DNA of 48,193 nt from Bacteroidota bacterium (GTDB taxonomy: Bacteria > CLD3 > SB21). A program made the translations under genes and the position numbers. Shown here piece after piece: positions 1 through 8,900 of the stretch. Every line of letters begins with the position of its first letter. Position 1 is the first letter of the stretch. Where the stretch lies: contig JBBIJR010000005.1 of NCBI GenBank assembly GCA_037445875.1, forward strand, positions 24,561 to 72,753, read 5' to 3'. A model generated the notes under the pieces. The model had not been told where the DNA came from and searched no databases. It saw nothing but the letters and a program-made list of their open reading frames with translations.

Positions 1-1
1 C

Positions 2-622
2 TTCTCGATCACTGCGGCCATGCTCGTCACAGAGGCGGCCTTAGACCTTGGAACAGTCATGGTGGGGCAGACAGGATCCGATACGATACGCCTTCTCAAC
101 GCCGGAACGGAAACACTGTCAATTGCAGACGCCTCCACAACAAGCCCATTCTTCGTGTCCCGTTCCTCCCTGGACATAGCGTCCGGAGCTTCAGATACGC
201 TGACAGTATCGTTCACCCCTTCAGCGGTTGGGCCATACAACGGCGTTCTGGTCTTCCTCAGTAACTCCATCTCGGCTCCAGACACGGTCGAGCTGATTGG
301 CACAGGGATCCCGGTAACTTCCGTGGAAGGACCATCCGTTGCTCGTTCTTTCAAACTGCTGCAAAACCAACCAAATCCTTTCAATCCGACAACCGAGATC
401 CAATACGAAATACCGGCGGCAGGGGTCGTCCAGCTCAAGGTTTATAATACACTTGGCCAGGAAGTTGCGACCCTTGTGGATCAGTACCAGCCCGCTGGCA
501 GCTACAGAATACTATTTAATAGCCAGAATTCCCATGGAGCCCCCTTGTCCAGCGGCCTGTACTTCTACCGGTTGCAGTTCGGAGACCGTGTGGCGAGCAA
601 GAAGATGATTCTGATGAAATAG
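2..622 (+). CDS. Secreted protein, 5'-truncated by the window edge: Ig-like (ASH/choice-of-anchor D-like) domain plus C-terminal T9SS type A/FlgD-like sorting domain
   Basis: Frame is open from base 2. 'LDLGTVMVGQTGSDTIRLLNAGTETLSI...LTVSFTPSAVGPYNGVL' is an Ig-like pattern, followed by the sorting-domain signature 'QNQPNPFNPTTEIQY...SSGLYFYRL...KKMILMK'. Confidence 0.8.
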   Translation, partial: FSITAAMLVTEAALDLGTVMVGQTGSDTIRLLNAGTETLSIADASTTSPFFVSRSSLDIASGASDTLTVSFTPSAVGPYNGVLVFLSNSISAPDTVELIGTGIPVTSVEGPSVARSFKLLQNQPNPFNPTTEIQYEIPAAGVVQLKVYNTLGQEVATLVDQYQPAGSYRILFNSQNSHGAPLSSGLYFYRLQFGDRVASKKMILMK

Positions 623-694
623 TATCATATGACTACGGGAGAACTTAAAGATCCTGATTACAAATCACCTAGGTTAGGACAGCCACGCGTCGAG

Positions 695-1531
695 ATGCGA
701 TCAGTGCTGCCGGTCATCATTGTCTCTTTGGGAGTACTCGCATCCGGCTTTGTTCTATCCGGAGGTGGTTATGCCGGGTATACGAGGAAGCCGGGTAGCA
801 TCTTCCCGGGTTGCTTGTGCCACGGCAATGCCGATGGTATTCCGAATGCCGATACTCGAGTGTGGATCGAAGGTCCAGACTCAGTATGGACAGGCATGGA
901 GTACTACTACGCAGTAAAGGTTAGCAAGGATTCATTGGTCGCAGCAGGATTTGACGCTGCTGTTTTTTTGGGGGATGTGGACACAGTGCAGGGTGAAGGA
1001 ACACGCTTGGACGAAATACCCCGGGAAGTCGTTCACAGCTTTCCGAAAGCGGCCACGTCTGGCGACACAATCTCGTGGTCTTTTCTCTACCGGGCACCAG
1101 ATGCACCCGCGACGGACACGATTTATGCTACCGGCAATGCCGTGAATCTCAGCGGGGATCCAGATTCCGGCGACATTTGGAACTTCGCGGACGAGCTACT
1201 GGTTCGCGTTATGCAGAATCCCAACTCGATTCGGAACCCGGCTCTGGCAGCGTCGGACTTCGAGCTCAAAGGCAACTACCCCAACCCATTCAACCCATCC
1301 ACAGTGATTCGATACCGGCTTTCCCACACGACGCGAGTAACACTTAAGATATACAATAGTTTGGGATCGGAAGTACTTGTTCTGGTCAACCAAGTCGAGC
1401 CGAATGGTGAGCACGATGCGCACTGGGACGGACGCGATGGAAGAGGCCGACCTGCGAGCTCTGGTGTCTACTTCTACCGACTCGAATCGTCCTCGTTTTC
1501 CCAAACCAGGAAAATGCTCCTTCTGAGATAA
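695..1531 (+). CDS. Secreted protein with Reeler/choice-of-anchor V-like domain (GCLCHG motif) and C-terminal T9SS type A/FlgD-like sorting domain
   Basis: ATG 695 starts a hydrophobic signal peptide (MRSVLPVIIVSLGVLASG). Motifs include 'WSFLYRAPDAPATDTIYATGNAVN' and the C-terminal 'GNYPNPFNPST...WDGRD...SSGVYFYRL...RKMLLLR'. Confidence 0.75.
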   Translation: MRSVLPVIIVSLGVLASGFVLSGGGYAGYTRKPGSIFPGCLCHGNADGIPNADTRVWIEGPDSVWTGMEYYYAVKVSKDSLVAAGFDAAVFLGDVDTVQGEGTRLDEIPREVVHSFPKAATSGDTISWSFLYRAPDAPATDTIYATGNAVNLSGDPDSGDIWNFADELLVRVMQNPNSIRNPALAASDFELKGNYPNPFNPSTVIRYRLSHTTRVTLKIYNSLGSEVLVLVNQVEPNGEHDAHWDGRDGRGRPASSGVYFYRLESSSFSQTRKMLLLR

Positions 1532-2139
1532 GACTGCGTCTGTGGAGCATGCTCCGCATGTATGCTTTTCAAGGCCAGTCGGATAACTTGCTGAGGTTTC
1601 TCTCCCACCGATCCCGGGGGCGTACATTCCTATTGAAAAATGAATATTCCGGCGATCTGTGTTGTTTCTCCTCTTATTCCCATGATCTTCAGTTAATAAC
1701 GGTGACGTATGTTACTGTGAGCGGACGTTCAAGAACCTGTCGTTTTTCAATGGAGCGGACAATCGGGCAAGACAAAGTCATGCCGGGTAACGGCGCAAGG
1801 TGCCAGTCGCCTAAGCGTAAGTCTATTGAACCAAGACGTCCCCGTCAAGACGGATCGGGCCAGACAGCCTTCAAGGGTTCGCGTAACGGACAGGCAGGGG
1901 TAGGTAGGAGCGGCCGGTCGTGGCATCAACACAAGTAAGGGAGTACTTTAAGTCAACCTCCACTATCCGCAAAACGGCGCCTTTCAGTTCCTGTGCAACA
2001 TCGTCGAGAGACCTGGGTTCACCCATGCGGCGTTTTCAAAGGCGGATAGTGTGCGAACAGGGATACAACCTGAGGATCTGGAAAAGGAGGGTTCGTGGCT
2101 GGAGAATCACTTGGAACTTCACAAGTGAGTCAAGGTGCC

Positions 2140-3150
2140 TCACTCCGCCCGAATGGGTTCCCCGCCGGATGGCACGAGCGCAACGGACACAAGACGCTCT
2201 ATGATAGACCGTACGGATTCGATGGTTCTGATCTTCGCAACGCTCTTTCCGGCCTGATAGTAATCCTGGGAACTGAGTGCTCCGCTCATGGAAGACCGTT
2301 TCAATCGGCGAATGGAACGCAGCGCGTAGATCATTCGCATGATTCGCTTCAGGCGGCGGTGCGTTAGCATCCATCGTGCCAGCGGTCCCGCCCGCAAGCC
2401 GACGCTCTCCACGTGCGGGGTTCGGATAACCGAGAGCGGCACACCCGTAACACGCTCCGTCAGCACGATATCGTCTTCGGTCGCCCGGATGATGGCTTTC
2501 TTGTAGTCCTCATGAGCCGTACATTCGACGGATGCTATAAACCGTGTTGCCATCAGGACAGCGTCGTAACCCGACTGCAAAGCGCGGAAGAAGTCCTGTT
2601 CGTCACCGATACCGCCGCCGCAGACAAGGGGCAGACCCGTGTCCTCCAAAACGTCGAGCAGACGCTGATGGCTAAGGTGTCCCGCGTGGCCCCCCGCGCG
2701 GTCGTTGATGGCAATCAGACCATCGACACCCGCATCCACAGCCTTCAACGCCCATTTTCGCTCTGTGACTTTGTGGTACACGACTCCCCCGAATGGATGA
2801 ACCTTCTGCACTACCCAGGCAGGATTGCCCAATGCCGTGTCGAAGAATCGAATGCCCTCTTCGAGCGCGATCTCGATCCACGACTGGATACGTTCCCGGT
2901 ACGCTCGCGACGAGCTTTCAATCGTGGCGTTGAGGCCGACCGGCTTGGACGTAAGGGAACGAATGAAACGCAAGCCCTTGCGAAAATCGTATCCGTGGAC
3001 GTATGTGAGGGAAAGGGGTTGGACGATGCCCAGTCCGCCTGCTTCGGAAACCGCCGCAACCAGCTCGGGATTGCTGCAGGGAAACATCGCTCCGCAAACA
3101 ATCGGATAGGGGACGCCGGCGTGCCGTGTGAAGCGAGTCTGCAGGTCCAT
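2140..3150 (-). CDS. Nitronate monooxygenase / 2-nitropropane dioxygenase family flavin oxidoreductase
   Basis: Motifs 'YPIVCGAM', 'LVAAVSEAGGLG', 'AGGHAG', 'GGGIGD' and 'MATRFIASVEC'. Confidence 0.9.
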   Translation of the reverse strand: MDLQTRFTRHAGVPYPIVCGAMFPCSNPELVAAVSEAGGLGIVQPLSLTYVHGYDFRKGLRFIRSLTSKPVGLNATIESSSRAYRERIQSWIEIALEEGIRFFDTALGNPAWVVQKVHPFGGVVYHKVTERKWALKAVDAGVDGLIAINDRAGGHAGHLSHQRLLDVLEDTGLPLVCGGGIGDEQDFFRALQSGYDAVLMATRFIASVECTAHEDYKKAIIRATEDDIVLTERVTGVPLSVIRTPHVESVGLRAGPLARWMLTHRRLKRIMRMIYALRSIRRLKRSSMSGALSSQDYYQAGKSVAKIRTIESVRSIIERLVSVALVPSGGEPIRAE

Positions 3151-3651
3151 TCAGTCTCTCTTCCTCGGACCAACGAGTGAGCTCAAGACGGCGATTGCGA
3201 CGGTATCGCCTCCGGCGTCCCGGGCGGTCACATGAATATCCACCTCCCGACGGTCGCTCGTTTCGATCACTTCCGTGAGGCTTTCACCGATCAATGTTCC
3301 CCGGCCCTTTTTCAGGTACTGCACCGTAAGCGCCTTGACTATAAAACGGGCATGATCGGGAAGTCCGCATACCATCGCGAGGTTTCCCGTGAACTCTGCG
3401 AGGTTGGCAATGGCAACCGCATGGATGGAATCCAGGTGGTTTCGCACTCTTCTGCGGTCGCGGAGCCGGACTCGGGCGTATCCCGGACGCAGTTCTTCTA
3501 CGCGGGACCGCATACTGCCCGTGTAAGGAATGTACAGACCCAGCGCCGCACTGAACAAGACTTTGCCGCCGGGCAAAACGCTGAGCCTTCTCCACGAGCG
3601 GTGAAGCCGATTACGCGTCTCCTCCTGTACGTAGCCGTCGGATCGTGCCAT
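3151..3651 (-). CDS. Hotdog-fold thioesterase-like protein (DUF4442/YiiD-like)
   Basis: Motifs 'IPYTGSM', 'RNHLDSIHAVAIANLAE' and 'VQYLKKGRG'. ATG 3651 is preferred over the upstream TTG. Confidence 0.8.
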   Translation of the reverse strand: MARSDGYVQEETRNRLHRSWRRLSVLPGGKVLFSAALGLYIPYTGSMRSRVEELRPGYARVRLRDRRRVRNHLDSIHAVAIANLAEFTGNLAMVCGLPDHARFIVKALTVQYLKKGRGTLIGESLTEVIETSDRREVDIHVTARDAGGDTVAIAVLSSLVGPRKRD

Positions 3652-3723
3652 CGGCCTCCAGAGAATCGGTTCGATCAAAGGATGGTGGAGTGGGAAATGA
3701 CCGGTATTCCCCTCGCGGGAGAC

Positions 3724-3752
3724 ATCATACGAAAACGCCGACTTTCTTTCAA
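3724..3752 (-). promoter_or_regulatory. Sigma70-type promoter for the hotdog/nitronate monooxygenase pair
   Basis: Minus strand reads TTGAAA-N17-TATGAT, about 70 nt upstream of ATG 3651. Confidence 0.6.
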
Positions 3753-3788
3753 GGACGGATTTCGGATCACAAGCACGTCATACCGCCA

Positions 3789-3817
3789 TTGAATTTGGCA
3801 CTTCTTTTTGCTATCCT
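3789..3817 (+). promoter_or_regulatory. Sigma70-type promoter of dusB, probably leaderless
   Basis: TTGAAT-N17-TATCCT with a TG extended -10. The ATG lies 7 nt after the -10 box and there is no Shine-Dalgarno. Confidence 0.55.
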
Positions 3818-3824
3818 TACTCGT

Positions 3825-4871
3825 ATGCAGATCGGGCCCATTCACATTGATCGTCCCCTGTGCCTCGCTCCGATGGAAGATGTTACGGACATGGCTTTCC
3901 GTGTCGTCTGCAAACGGCTTGGCGCGGATATTCTGTACACGGAATTCACGAGCAGTGAGGCTTTGATACGAGAGGCGCCGAAGGCCCTTCGCAAGATTGC
4001 CGTTTCGGAGGAGGAACGGCCCGTGGCGATCCAGCTGTTCGGAGGCGTGGGTACATCGATAGAAGCGGCGGCGTCCGTCGCCGAGCGCATGAACCCGGAT
4101 TTTATCGATATCAACTGCGGCTGCTGGGTGAAGGACGTTGCCCTGCGCGGGGCCGGTTCCGGCCTTCTCCGCGACCTTCCGCGTTTTGAGGCCGTCGTAC
4201 GATCAACCGTTCGCGGTACGCGGCTTCCGGTGACGGTGAAAACGAGACTCGGCTGGGACGCCGCGAACATCGTGATTCTCGACGTGGCAAGAATGGTGGA
4301 ACAGGCGGGTGCCCGGGCACTGACCGTGCACTGTCGTACACGGGACATGGGCCATGACGGCACGGCGGATTGGAATTGGCTGGAAAGAATCAAACAGGTG
4401 ATATCGATTCCTCTTATCGGCAACGGAGACGTTCGAACGCCCCAGGATGCAGAACGCATGTTCGACCTAGGTTGTGACGGCGTCATGATCGGGCGGGCGG
4501 CGATCGCCAATCCGTGGGTCTTCCGTGAAACGCGGCGGTTCCTAGACACCGGCCATCTGCCGCCACCTCCCACCGCAGAAGAACGAATTCGTGTGTGCCT
4601 GGATCACCTCCGACTATCCGTCCAGTACAAAGGCGAGAGGTACGGCGTGCTCGAATTCCGAAAGTATTACTCCGGATACCTGAAAGGCCTTCCGCACATC
4701 GCCAGATTACGGGCCGAGCTCATGCAGCATACCGAATGGAGTCCCATCGTCGAACGAGTGGAACGTTATCGCGAGGAACTGGACTGCTGGCAGGAACCGG
4801 TGACGCTTCCGAGACTCGGCGGTCTCATCGGAACCCGATTCGAGGCGGGGGGTCGCAAGGCTACCGCATGA
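3825..4871 (+). CDS. dusB: tRNA dihydrouridine synthase DusB
   Basis: Motifs 'LAPMEDVTD', 'IDINCGC', 'PVTVKTRLGWD', 'LTVHCRT', 'IGNGDV' and 'GVMIGRAAIANPW'. Confidence 0.93.
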   Translation: MQIGPIHIDRPLCLAPMEDVTDMAFRVVCKRLGADILYTEFTSSEALIREAPKALRKIAVSEEERPVAIQLFGGVGTSIEAAASVAERMNPDFIDINCGCWVKDVALRGAGSGLLRDLPRFEAVVRSTVRGTRLPVTVKTRLGWDAANIVILDVARMVEQAGARALTVHCRTRDMGHDGTADWNWLERIKQVISIPLIGNGDVRTPQDAERMFDLGCDGVMIGRAAIANPWVFRETRRFLDTGHLPPPPTAEERIRVCLDHLRLSVQYKGERYGVLEFRKYYSGYLKGLPHIARLRAELMQHTEWSPIVERVERYREELDCWQEPVTLPRLGGLIGTRFEAGGRKATA

Positions 4872-5887
4872 TGCAGTACGGACACGTTACCATCCATCGG
4901 TTTGTCAGCCATGTCCTCAAGGGCAATCTCCCGGGTGATCCGTGCGAACGAAAACTGGCCGTCTATCAGCCTCCCGGCTACGATTCGGACCCGCATCGGC
5001 GTTATCCGGTGATTTACCTCCTGAGCAGTTTCATGGGATTTGGAACGATGTTCCTGTCTCCTCAAGCCTGGGGTTACTCGCTCGATGAGCGCTGCGATGT
5101 CCTGATTTCGGACGGCCGGATGAAACCATGTCTCGTGGTGATGCCGGATTGCTTCACCCGCTGGGGCGGTAGCCAGTATCTCAACTCGCCGGCGTTGGGT
5201 CGCTACCGGGATTACCTGGTGGATGAACTTGTGCCATTCGTGGACTCAAACTACCGAACGATGGCGGAGCCGTTCCACCGAGCGGTGGGGGGTAGATCGA
5301 GCGGGGGATACGGCGCATTGCGGTTTGTGATGGACGAAGCGTCCCCGTTCGGTGCGTGTTATGCAAGCGCGGCGGATATGTACTTCGAGTACTGTTATCA
5401 ACCCGACGTTCCTTGCTGTTACGATGTCCTGCAGCGAGCAGGTGGACTGCAACCTTTTGTGAAATCGTTTTTCGAGGCGCCGAAGAAGAACGGGGACATG
5501 ATCACGGCGATGAATATTCTCGCCATGTCGGCGGCCTACTCTCCCAATCCTTCCGTGCAGCCTTTCGGCTTCGACCTTCCCTTCGATACCGAGACCGGGG
5601 CCCTGCGGGAGGACATATGGGAGCTCTGGCTTCGTCACGATCCCGTGCGTATACTGGAACAGCCCGAGTCTGCGGCGCGACTCCACCGGCTTCGTTGTCT
5701 TCTGTTGGAATGCGGAAAGCGAGACGAATACCACCTGCATATCGGAGCGCGCATCTTCACTCAGAAACTCCGCCAGTTGGGGGTTCGCCATGAGTACGAA
5801 GAATTTGACGACAGCCATACCGGAACGGGCTATCGGTATCAAACGGCGCTGCCGAAGATCAGCCGGGCCATCGCTGAGCAGGCGTAA
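4868..5887 (+). CDS. Alpha/beta-hydrolase esterase (enterochelin esterase-like)
   Basis: Nucleophile elbow 'GRSSGG', plus 'VYQPPGY...RYPVIYLL' and a C-terminal 'EEFDDSH' histidine. ATGA overlap with the dusB stop. Confidence 0.85.
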   Translation: MMQYGHVTIHRFVSHVLKGNLPGDPCERKLAVYQPPGYDSDPHRRYPVIYLLSSFMGFGTMFLSPQAWGYSLDERCDVLISDGRMKPCLVVMPDCFTRWGGSQYLNSPALGRYRDYLVDELVPFVDSNYRTMAEPFHRAVGGRSSGGYGALRFVMDEASPFGACYASAADMYFEYCYQPDVPCCYDVLQRAGGLQPFVKSFFEAPKKNGDMITAMNILAMSAAYSPNPSVQPFGFDLPFDTETGALREDIWELWLRHDPVRILEQPESAARLHRLRCLLLECGKRDEYHLHIGARIFTQKLRQLGVRHEYEEFDDSHTGTGYRYQTALPKISRAIAEQA

Positions 5888-5928
5888 ATAAACTGGCGCG
5901 GACCTTCGCGCCCCAACCCCGCACGTCC

Positions 5929-8900
5929 ATGCTTAAAGAGGGCCGATACTACAAGGTCATCTTCTTTTCGGATCTCAAGGGGTTCACCCAGAGGACAAAG
6001 GAGCTGGGTGATACCGGTATCGAGCGTCTCATGAAAGAAATATACGAGATCGCCCTTCCTCAATTCGACAAACATCACGGATACCTGCATAAGATCATCG
6101 GCGACAGTTTCCTCGCGGTGTTTGACAATTCCGACAGCGCCGTCGCCTGTGCCATAGAACTTCAGAGTACGTTCAAGCAGCTGAACCGAAGCCGGACGGA
6201 CCGAGAAAAAATACAGATACGCATCGGTGTGCACAGCGGGGAAATCAACATTACGAGGATCGGCGACCGTCTCGACATCATGGGAAACGCCGTGAACCAT
6301 GCGGCCAGGTACGAACCCAAGGCCCGGCCGGGCGGAATGTTGATCAGTGAGGATGTATACAAGGCGCTCGAAAAGGTTGACAAGTTCCTGTTCGAAGAGA
6401 TTCGCCTTGATCTCAAGGACTACCCCGACACGACCTGTTACTACTGCATCGATTTCGGGCCGCCGGACAGTACGCTTTCTCCTGCGCGTCCGGCGATCCT
6501 TCCCGAGGAATTCAAGCAATTCCCGGCGACACCGGGTTTTGTCGGGAGAAAGGAAGAAATCGAGATCATCGGTCGGGCCGTTTCCAACCACACGATTCTG
6601 GTCATCATGGGGTTTGGGGGCATGGGAAAGACCTACCTGATGTCTCGTTTTGCGCAGGAGAACCTTCCGTCGCACGATCCCGTGTGGTTCCGGATCTATG
6701 ACGATACGCCGCTGGATCGGTGGTTGTTCTTTCTTTCGGATTATCTTTTCTCACGGGGTTTTTCCGAATTCCGTTCCCTTCTGGAGCAGGAGCAGCGGGA
6801 CACCATGAACCGTATCAGCATTCTGAGCAGCGCTCCGGAGGGGCGTGAACCGCGGCGGGCGTCGTTCGAGGACAAAATGAAGACCCTTTCCAGGGAGCTC
6901 GACGCGTCCGGTGCGGCATTGTGCATCGACGACTATCACAAACTGAAGGACCCGGAACGTTCCAAGTTCGACGCGGCGCTTGAGTATTTGGACCAACATC
7001 TGACCGCGGCGCGAGTCTTCCTGACCTCCCGCAAGCGCCCCAATTTTGTCCTAACGGCCAAGAACACCTTTCTTCTGGGAAAAGACGAAGGGCTTCGCGG
7101 CCTTCGGAAGGACGAAGCGTTCGACCTTATCCGCCGGCTCGCCATCACCGATCGTCCGGATGAGCTCGAACAGGCATACGCCATCACGAACGGCCAGCCG
7201 CTGGCCATCGAAATGCTGGGCGTACTGAAGGGAGACGGAAGCTACACGCTCAAGGAAATACTCAACAACTTCTCCGCCATCGACGATTCGGAGGAGCTCA
7301 ACGAGAATTTCATCAGCCGCGTCTTCGAAATCCTCGACGAGACCGAATTTGCCCTCATCCGGCAATTGTCCGTCATCAACGGTCCGTTCACCAACGAACT
7401 CATCTACCTCCTGGTGGAAAAACGTGACCGGAAAGTGATCAAATCGTTGATCGAAAAAGCGATGATCATCCGGCGCCGAAATGAGGAAGGAATAGAGACC
7501 GATCATTTCTATCTGCACGACCTGATTCGCAAGATCGCCATGGCCCGCCTGGACGAACGCGCCCGGCAGACCGCCCATACGAAAGCCGCACACTATTACC
7601 AGACCATAGCCCCCGGGGACATCGAGGAGCTGGTCCGCATCGAGAATTTGTGCCTGCACCTGTCGGCGCTGGGACGGTTCGATGAGGCCAACACGCACTT
7701 GTTCGACTATCTGCAGTCCGTGTCCATCCACAGCGAAAAGGACGTGAAGATTTTGATCCCTCTCCTCGAACGTGCCCTGGACCACCCGTTGACGGACCGG
7801 ACGATGCGAACGGTGTTCCTGTTCCAACTTGCGTACGGGTACTTTCGCATCCACGACTATCACAAGGCCCTGCGGGTCGCGGAGCCTCTGCCCGAGCTAA
7901 GCCCCGACAACGAGAAGGTCCACTTCTTGTTCGGCAACATTCATTTCAACCTCACCGATCTCGATCGGGCCCTGATTCATTTCCGGAAGGCAGCCGAGCT
8001 GTACCCGAATGCGCCGTTCATTTATATTCGTATCGGGGACACCTACCGGCATCTCGGTCAGCACGAGTCCGCGCTGACGTACTACAAGAAAGCCATCGAC
8101 CTCAACCCCAACTATGCGTATCCCTATGCGCAACTGGCCGTTTCGTGCCGGAAGCTCGGAGACCTGGACACGGCCGTTACGCATCTTCAAAAGGCAGTGG
8201 AGTTGAATCCGGAATTCTTCGACGCCTACCTGCAGCTCGGCCTGGTGTATCAAGAATCGAAAGACCTCACGCGGGCGATAGCCGCGTTTCAACGGGCGGT
8301 AGAGCTCAGTCCCGATTATGCGGAGGTTCACCTCAACCTGGGCGTGGCCTATGCGCGTGCGAAGGACTTTCCCAACGCCCTGGAATCGTTCCGTAAAGCG
8401 CTTGAGCTGAATGACCGGCTCGAACTGGCGTACTACAATCTGGGTCTGGTCTATCAGGAGATGCAGGACTACCGGCAGGCCGTTACGATGTATTTGAAAT
8501 GCACGGTGCTCAACGAGCGCCATGCGGACGCTCAGTTCAATCTGGGTGTCTGTTTCGGCGAGTTGAAGGACGCCGAGAAGGCCGCATACCATATTCAAAA
8601 GGCGCTCGCCCTTGTTCCGGGTGTGCCGGAGTATCACGCGCGGCTGGGCGACTATTATGCCGAACTGCGCGATGAGGAGGCGGCCCTGCGCGAGTACCGC
8701 AAGGCGCTGGACATCAGACCGGATCATCCGCCGGTACTTCACCGACTCGGGTTGGCGTACGAGCGTTTTGGCCGGGTAGACCAGGCGCTGGAAGTGATGC
8801 AGCGGTTGGTGCGTGTTCAACCCGACCACGTGGATGCGCTGCTTGAACTCGGCCGGCTGTACGCAGACCGGAAGGACCTTCGCGCGGCCTGTGAGTTTCT

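Noticed and set aside
1549-1938. 129-aa ORF in the intergenic gap
   Set aside because: Low-complexity Arg/Ser/Gly-rich translation with no RBS or motif, so it is not supported as a gene.
1750-2140. Possible SRP RNA, 6S RNA, or TPP/SAM riboswitch
   Set aside because: Diagnostic motifs (for example the SRP GGAA-loop/GCAGC helix or TPP CUGAGA) were not found by eye. Only a generic hairpin is reported as a finding.
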